The notes under the pieces were generated by a model, which saw nothing but the letters and a program-made list of their open reading frames with translations, was not told where the DNA came from and searched no databases. Below are positions 56,004 to 64,000 of a stretch of DNA of 64,000 nt, in pieces. The DNA comes from Tubulanus polymorphus (lineage: Eukaryota; Animalia; Nemertea). The position numbers were made by a program, and so were the translations under genes. The DNA lies in NCBI RefSeq assembly GCF_964204645.1, contig NC_134030.1, positions 8,351,122 to 8,415,121 of the forward strand, in the 5' to 3' direction. The stretch's first letter is position 1. Every line of letters starts with the position of its first letter.

Positions 56004-57454
56004 ATGACGATCATTAGCAGAATTTCCGTCAAACCCGAAAACTACTTCGCGTCAACATCGAAGGGGTATACCAGTCGTCAACGCGCTGTCCGAAGTATCA
56101 ACCGCCAACGGAATTCGACTGCTTCGTCAACTAAAGAGCAACCAGTCGATAGGCCAGTGAAGAAACCCTCGCAACTCCATGAACCTTCAAGCCGTCCCAG
56201 TTTACAGTTAATACTCAGCGTTCTTGTCTGGTTTATTTGCGATATGAGCACCAGTAACCTCAACAAATTCGTCTACACTCGCTACAACTTCCCGTATCCT
56301 TTCTCGTTCACGTGCATTCAAGTCTTGATTACGATAGCCATGACGACAGTACTCCTGCATCTGACACCGATGTCGAAACACATGAAATCGGCCGGCAAGA
56401 TCTCGTCAAAGACGATTTGGAAGTTGGTACTTCTCGGCGGGGCTTCTTGTTTCGGTAACGTGTTCGGGAAAATGGCGACGAAGACGATTACCGTGACGTT
56501 ACTGAAAACCGTTACAGCAGCGCGTCCTGCAGTGACGTTGCTACTGTCGGCTCTAATCACCGGTCGTCACGGAAACGGACTGATGAAGATGGCTTTATTT
56601 CCAGTTTGTGCTGGTACGATTATGTGTGTTTGCGGCGATATGAATTTTCACATTGTCGGAGTGTTGGCTGCCATCGGGGCTGTCACTATGAGAAGTCTGA
56701 AGTCTTTGTTACAGGGCAAGTAGAATTTCATCAATGATCAATCTCAGTTTTAATACTTCAACGATGTGCTTATGCTTCGTTTAGTCCGGCCACATCCTAA
56801 TGTATATTTCAACTTTGCTTGCGAGGACATCGGGTGGCCTAGCTCAGTCAGTTTTGGTGGTACATACCTGATATAGGCCTTTAAAGGACCAGAATGAACT
56901 GTCAGTTGAACTAAAATATAGTTTGATCCATTTTACACTGTATTGAAGTAGACACTTGACGTTCCGATGGACGGGTTATTGTTCGTGGAATACTCATAAA
57001 GTTAATTGCCTATAAAATTTTAATCAGTTCTTATTCGATTTGTGCATTTTTAGGTATTCTACTAGCGGACGATAAGATACCATCCATATTGCTGTTATAT
57101 CGCGTGTCATTCCCGAGTCTGGCTATCATTTCCACGACGGTGCTGTTCAAAGAACCAGCCGCTTTGACGGACACTGCCACCTTCAGCAACGTGGAACTCC
57201 TCGGGGTACTCGTACTGACCGGCATCTTGGGCGCGACTACAAACCTCGTCGTCATGATGGTGACGTCAATGACCAACTACATGACTCAGTCGGTGTTGTC
57301 GAACGTCGTTATCATAATGAATATTTTAGCCTCAGTTATCTTATTTCGCAATCCTCTCACGCCAGTAAGCGCATTCGGTATCTGTATTGTATTTTCCGGA
57401 GTAATATTATATAATTATGGCAACAGAATATATAAGAGTAAATCATCGCGATAG
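56004..57454 (+). CDS. SLC35E/TPT-family (DMT superfamily) nucleotide-sugar transporter-like protein, about 370 aa
   Basis: Exons 56004-56715 and 57054-57454 joined by a phase-1 GC-AG intron. Multi-pass hydrophobic protein with NK..Y.FPYP, G(D/E)..F...G, LKSLLQG.LL and FRNPLT..S..G...GV..Y, typical of SLC35E/TPT members. Probable non-coding first exon ending at the donor at 54495, with acceptor at 55972. Confidence 0.85.
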
Positions 57455-58809
57455 TGAGTAAAACGTAGTTCTGGGACCAGTTACATGGAAATTCTAAACT
57501 CAAGCTTTTGGTTTTATTGTTTTTCAATGTTTTTCAATGCCAGTTGCAACCGCTTAAGCTTAAACATTTTCATGGAACCGGACCTTGCTGATCGTTAAGG
57601 ATGATTGAATTATATCGTTATATGGGACTCAAACCGCATGTCTTTCAAATCGGATGTATAATTTGTTTACGGCTACAATAAATTTATCGTTTATATATGT
57701 GAAAAATGTCGTCTTCAGTTGAAGTAGGTGGTCTCAGAGCGGCTGTCATAACATGGGTAGGCCCGTGAAACGTGGGTGAACATCAATCCCGAAGGGCAGT
57801 TAAATCAAACTAGGGTCGAGATAACCTGGTGGTGGAAAAATAATTTCAATTTACTTTATCGGCTGAGGAGTTCTGCCGAACTCCTCTAAGAACAGTTTAG
57901 GCCATGCTCCGGGCGCCGCTCCTCCGTCACCACGTCTCATCACCATCCTCTACCTTCCCACCTGTATGCGCGATCGCAGATTAGATGCAGTATCCTCCTT
58001 GATAGATGATAGTAAAGTAAGAGACAGCCTGACGCCTTTCAAGTTCAAAACACTTCGGCTTGGACGCGGCTTTACGTTAACAAAAACGAATCAGTCGATA
58101 ATGAATTAGATGACAGATATTTTGCTATAAATAAGTGAATAAATCAATCGATAATAATAAAAACTAATTTGTTTACCACTACTAGTAATCATCGCGCTTT
58201 ACATGAAACCACAAAATTATTAAAATGCCATTGCAAAACAAGAACATAAAACACTGAAACAGTAGACATTATTCAATTAATGGTAAAAAGCTTTCCTAGA
58301 AAGACGTTTTGAGGTAGGTCTATTCGTTTAAAAGTAGACGGATTGCCGAATAAACATTCCACGGGGCGTTATACTTCATATAGAAAGTAGGCCAGCATCT
58401 TCTGGTCTGCCAACTGCGTTCACCATTTGAGGAAATTTACGTTCATTTTATATAATTAAGTCGGTTGATGTTTTTTTGTATTTAATTACGTAGTAACCGT
58501 CGGTAAATGGTAAACAAACTTCGTTGCAACCAAGGGTCTGAAAACGACCAGGTAGCTATATCGGTATGTGGAAATTACACCCGCCAGCCCCCTGGTTGGG
58601 CCGGTGCGCCCTAAATGCACCCACCCATGTCACCAGTCTTGCCAACTTGGTTTTATAGACCGGTTTTAACTTAAATCTGTGCGGGCTATCTTTATATCCA
58701 TGTTTTTACCATACGTCAGTCATTAGATGTATATATGGTCCTCTGTTTATTTTGAGGACCCTCAGTTCGAAGTATACTGTGGCAGTCGGTGCGATAGAGT
58801 TCATTTACC

Positions 58810-58953
58810 GTACAGTGCTGCCATCTAGCAATGTTGCGCGCGGCGCCACCTCGTGCAAAATTCGTCCATCACTTCCGTTCCAATTCCTGCTGTTACGAAG
58901 ACGAGAAAATTTTACTTTCTCCTGTTTTAAATTAGTTCTAAACAGAATTTCTG
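58810..58953 (+). promoter_or_regulatory. Probable BZW promoter and non-coding first exon
   Basis: CpG-rich patch with GCCATCTAG and GCGCCACC motifs, ETS-like ACTTCCG, a pyrimidine-rich start (cttccgttccaattcctg) and donor CTG|gtaggt at 58954. Confidence 0.5.
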
Positions 58954-59928
58954 GTAGGTTCGGTGGTTAGTTGAGTTTTATTTAAAGGCTGTTAACACGC
59001 GCGTTGCATTAGACAAACTGTAACTGTTATAAAATCGCTAAATTTTCAACAAATCTGTTTTTGTCATATGACATGTGTCTCGATTCGGCTCGAATTTTTC
59101 TGTTGTGTGTCAGTCAGTCGGTGTGTGGCGTAACTTGTGCTTCGAAAAAGAAATAAGGTCATTTTAACTGCAGTAGATAAGCAGTCTATTTAGTATTAGA
59201 AATAGATGGTTTGTTGATTTGTTGTATGTGGTTATTCTAATTCTGGTATGCCTAAGTTGTCAATGTTAATGTATTACTATTAGGCTAGTCACTGAATCGC
59301 ATTCATTGAATCATTGATTCTCTTGAGGAATAATATGATTGTGTTAGATTCGACAGTAGTTTTGAGGTTCCCTTATCTCATTAGCTTTGAGTCCAATGCT
59401 TGTAACATGTTTAGAATTGATTGTGGATACATTTTCTTTCAAACGATAAAACTACTAACTATTATACTTTTACTTATTGATATCAATTATACCTTGCCAC
59501 TTCAGTCCTGCAGAATGGTGACATACCATGAATAGTACTAACTGGTGAATAACGGTTCCTAATTGAAATGCCAATCTCTGACTTTGGATGGTTTCATTCA
59601 TCCCCTTGTGTAAAAAAGAGCATTTTCCAGTTTTGATAATGTTAGCAATAATATATATTTCTTAAAGACTGCACTCTTCTGTATACATTTCAGCACAGTT
59701 GAAGAGTATACAGGGCTATAAAATTGACCAATTAAAACAGTTAATTGAAATATTGCTTGTAGAGGAATGTTATAAACTCAGTTTTAAAAGTAATTAAATC
59801 AGTGCAGAAAGGCATGGTGCCCATAAAGATTGAGTGTTGCTTTTATTGGTTTAGAATCGGGATATCAAAAATACTTTCTGAAAATGAGTGGTATATACCT
59901 GTCAATGATGTTTTGTAGAATTGCTTGT

Positions 59929-62900
59929 ATGAGTCAAAAGGCAGCAAAACCTATACTATCAGGTCAACGCATCAAGACCAGAAAAAGGGGTAAGAGTTAT
60001 TCAAGTTATAACACAAAAGACATTGATGAACTTCATTTTGGACTTGAGCATGTATTTGTCTAGATCTACTTTGTATTGCTTCTAAATAAAACCTGAACTT
60101 GTTTTCCCTCTCTCGTGTCGCAGATGAAAAAGATAAGATTAAGCAGGACCCGTCAGCATTTCGAGACAGTATCATAGAAGGTTTAAATAATGCCGGAAAG
60201 GAAGACTTTGAAGCAATCAATCAGTTCCTAGATTCGGCCGGCTCCAAGTTAGACTATCGACGTTATGCTGAGCCGCTTTTCGATGTTCTTTTCGCTGGTG
60301 GTTTATTAGGTACGTTTTTTTTGTGTTTGTTTTTTGATATTGAAGTTTTTGGGTGTTACTCATGTTATTTATGTTTAAAACGGTAATGTTTGAATTATTG
60401 ACTTCTTTTAAAACGTTAAGTAGCCAATATCAATTAAATCAAGAATTCGATTGTGACTTGTTTTAGGAAGCAGGACCCAGATAATAATCAATAGGCTATT
60501 CTAGCCAATTCATCTTCGTCTGCTTACCTTGTATCCTATTTGGTTATGATAATACCTCTTAATCGGATAATGAATTCCATCTAATTGATGTGCAATTTTT
60601 CAACAGCTCCTGGCGGTGCAGTAATCGAAGACTCCAATGCGGAGAAATCTCGCACTGAGGTGTGCGTATTCTTTGCTAAGGATGAAGTTGACATACTCAA
60701 AGAGTGGTACGATGTAAGTTTCAAGAATATATTTGAAAATTGTCAGGGATGGAATGCAGCAATAGTGAATTAAAGTTGAAATTGGTTAATTTACATTATA
60801 CTGGTTTCTAGGTGTTCTGGAAGCTCATCCGTCATTACAAGTATTTGGAAAAGGCGTTCGAGGAAGAGATGAAGAAGGTGAGTACAGCTTGCCACAGAGT
60901 CGATTGCTTTCGGTTATTTCCTGGTCCGAAGCAAGCTAAGGCTACTGCGCGTATGGCTGTTATATCCGGTACCTTAGCTGATAATGAAATATTCCTAGTA
61001 TCGGGTACATGATTATATCTGGTGATAGCAAGTTCCATTCTGATATGCATTTACTATTTCTGAAAATTGTAGATATTGAAATGCGTGAAAGGCTACACCC
61101 CTGAAGAGCGCCTTAAACTGGCGAAAATTTGCGCGTTGTTCTTCAGTAATAATTTGATCTCCGCTCAATGTCTGCGTTATTTGCAAGAAGACAATCTTGT
61201 CAAAGAAGGTATCGTGAAATTACATCAATTGTATCTCAACAGTACAATGAATTCTGACTGCTTTTTACTGGCAGAATGCCTCTCTACCTATATTATGACG
61301 TACATACATTGTGTTGATTCGATATTCTCGACTAGGATTCCTGTTGCAGGTCTAAACTTAATTTTGACTATTTTTTTTAGGCTTAGCTCTGAAATTTGTC
61401 ACTGATTTGTTTCACTACTGGATGAAAGAGAAAAAGGACATCAAAGAAATCAAGTCTACCCTGAAAGCCGGTCAGATGGAAGCTAAGCTGATGGTATTTG
61501 TCGTTCACTATACATGCTTGTATTGCTAACAGCTGGTTATATAATCACCTGATGATAACTCACTTGGAAACAACTTTTTATTGCTGCATATTAGAACGCT
61601 GAAACTACAAATGTTTAATGCATTTATGAAATCCTAGAGTCCTTTCATAATTTAGCCAGAGGTTGCTTATTGATCAGATCATGAATTTTGATTCTCATTT
61701 TACATGCGTGTTCTTAGTCCATTGCGAAATTTTGAATTTCCACGTGCTCATTGAATTGCTTTCTTACTTTAATAGAATACAATACAATAGGATCTCTTCA
61801 ATAGGCTGTCATTTTGCTTGAAAAAGTTCATTCAAACATACACCCGTTAGGTCATCTATTACTGGTCTTTTATCATCAAACGTCGGCGAGCCTATTGTGC
61901 CTAGTTGATGTACGTGATGTCAGGGTTCACAGCAGTTCTTGAAAGTTTTGAAATGGGAATGGGTAAATTGAAGACCTTTGATATTATGGAGTGAGCTCTA
62001 AAATCCTGAAAACATTGTTACCTATCATCATTTCTATGGTGTACAGTATATCAGATCATGGAGGGTATATTGTTAGGTCTATACATGTAGTATAGTCTGA
62101 TGATTTATAATTAACTCAACTCCAATGAAAACAATGATTCTGGACAGTGCAAACATAATGGCAATAGATCTGCACTGACAGGGTCCCAACGTATACTTGA
62201 TTCCTAAACAAGAGCTTCTAAACAACAGAAAATGTTCTTAATGGTGCTTCAAACGCCTTTGATTAGAGCAAAATGTGTGAAACTCCTTAAATTTTGTGAA
62301 ATAGGTCATTAGACATTATTGTAGACGTACGGTAATCGGTACAGCTGGGGCCAGGAATTATTTTAACCCGATTAGGTAACTAAATTAGAAAATGAGTTGA
62401 GTGGTTGGGGTAAAAAGGATAAAGATTTGCTTACAGAACCAGCGAATTGCTCATTACCGAGATAAACACTGGGAGGAGTCTACTGTGATTGGGATATAAA
62501 AAATAGAGAACATTTCCTTGAATAATGTTTGTGTTCAAATTGACTGTCATTTGCATCAGATGCTTATATTTAATTGTAATGAATTTGCTAAATGGTATAT
62601 TTTTCAATATTTTTTTCATAGAATTTCTTCCCGAGCAATAAACAAACGATCGAACATTTTGAGAAACATTTCAAGGAGCATGACCTGGATGCCATCGTCG
62701 AGATTCAGGTACACGTGGCTTGCATACACTTTGTTATTGATAACACGCGTGAGGAGATATTCAAAGGCTTATTTACCGGTTAACAATTCATATTTTTTCA
62801 GCGTTCGTATGAGTTAAATGTGATGAAGAAAAAGCTCAAAGAACACGTTGAGGAAATGATCCACGATGAGGAACCAGTGAAAGAGGTTTGTTTATTGTCT

Positions 62901-63534
62901 GTCTACCACCTATCCATCCTTGCATGTATGCTTTTACATATTTCTACACTGAAAGCGTCCTTCAATTCCAATCAGAATCAATGTCTCGATGTTTAGTATG
63001 CTTCCTCGTAGGGCCCATTACGAAGTTGCACTTGGGTTGATCAGATTTACGATGGCTTTTCAGTAGTCTGTTTATGGTCGTATAGATGGAGAGTACAAAA
63101 AGTCTCAGGAATTTCAGGATATTTTAATTTTTTTCATTGCAGATAATTGCTTTTGTCAAAGAACAAATGAAGAAAACTGCAAAACTGGTCGAACACGATT
63201 TAGTTGTTCAGGTTCGAACTTTTTTTTTGGTCACTTTATACTTTCATTAAATCCGCCTATTTTTCATTTCGCTGGCTTATTTACCTAATAATTAAAATAA
63301 TATACTGTATTTAGATGTGGAATTGTATTATGGAAGCTTGTGAGTGGAATAAGAAAGAAGAACTGGTCGCCGGACAAGCGTTGAAACATCTGAAAATCTA
63401 CGCTCCTTTGCTGGAAGCGTTGGCAAACACCGCTCGATCCGAGATGACTCTCATGTTGAAAATTCAGGAATTTTGCTACGAAAACATGAATTTTATGAAA
63501 GTTTTCCAGAAGATCATCATTCTTCTTTACAAAG
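59929..63534 (+). CDS. BZW: BZW / eIF5-mimic protein (5MP, krasavietz-like); 3' exons lie beyond the window
   Basis: Exons 59929-59989, 60124-60309, 60607-60713, 60812-60877, 61073-61208, 61381-61493, 62622-62708, 62802-62885, 63143-63211 and 63315-63534, all in phase. Hallmarks [74 protein letters not shown]. Confidence 0.96.
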
Positions 63535-63577
63535 GTAAATGGTTCCTTTCGATTAGTCGTCAAATGGAGCCTAGTGT

Positions 63578-64000
63578 ACATGGGCGAAGTGACTGGAGAC
63601 CTGTCAGTCTCGTTGCAAGGCAGTTGAGAGGGCCTGGCTGGATACAATTAGTTGCTTGAATGTTTCGATGTGTACTAGTTTACTACTCGCTGGTTAGTGA
63701 CAATCTGTCTTCAGTTCCAGCCATTTGCCCGTGTTCTACTTTTGAGTAAACTGGTTGTTTTCAGTTCGGTGATATCTGCCATAATCAACAACAAAACATG
63801 GCACAGCTGACTAAAACAAAGCAATTTGACATGTGACTTTGGATACCCTCCAGAATATTTGCTACATAACGCATCCCGGTTGCTGTCGATGTGCGCATTG
63901 TGGAGCTAGAGATTGGCGTAAGCTACGCAGTTGCTAGTTTCTACTAGATTTTCAGTGTACGCACTGCTCACTAGCAACAGCATAGTTGATTATTGCAATG
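63578..64000 (+). mobile_element. Diverged, longer relative of the 4938-5295 MITE in a BZW intron (runs off the window)
   Basis: Collinear similarity (agcctagtgtacat, gttgcaaggcagtt, ctggctggatac, cagttccagcca.ttgccc.tgttctacttttgag) with extra internal sequence. Confidence 0.75.

Noticed and set aside
60985-61010. ATATTCCTA matching the U17/snR30 m1 motif in a BZW intron
   Set aside because: The required m2 motif AAACCAT and a canonical H box are absent.

Overview
Eukaryotic (animal, invertebrate-like; taxon not determinable from this window) genomic DNA: AT-rich, intron-rich, with many short non-autonomous DNA-transposon copies. Four spliced protein-coding genes were reconstructed by hand from splice sites and reading-frame phase. 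(1) A MEIOC-family meiotic regulator on + (about 509-35673, 5' end probably upstream) with long introns, a polyQ low-complexity exon and probably a very long 3' UTR. (2) A cytosolic ALDH1-like aldehyde dehydrogenase on - (53756 to 47958). (3) A two-coding-exon SLC35E/TPT-family transporter on + (56004-57454) with a GC-AG intron. (4) BZW/5MP (eIF5-mimic) on + (59929 to beyond the window end). The most striking observation is that the last three coding exons of the ALDH gene exist as two intact, diverged, tandem cassettes. They predict alternative 497-aa isoforms that share the catalytic core but swap the substrate-entry neck loop and the C-terminal tail. Other leads: a PAM2-like motif in a probable MEIOC N-terminal exon, candidate alternative MEIOC first exons, templated inverted insertions inside (TA)n tracts, the poor-context AUG of BZW and structured BZW introns. 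All calls are by eye, without database searches; repeat boundaries are approximate.
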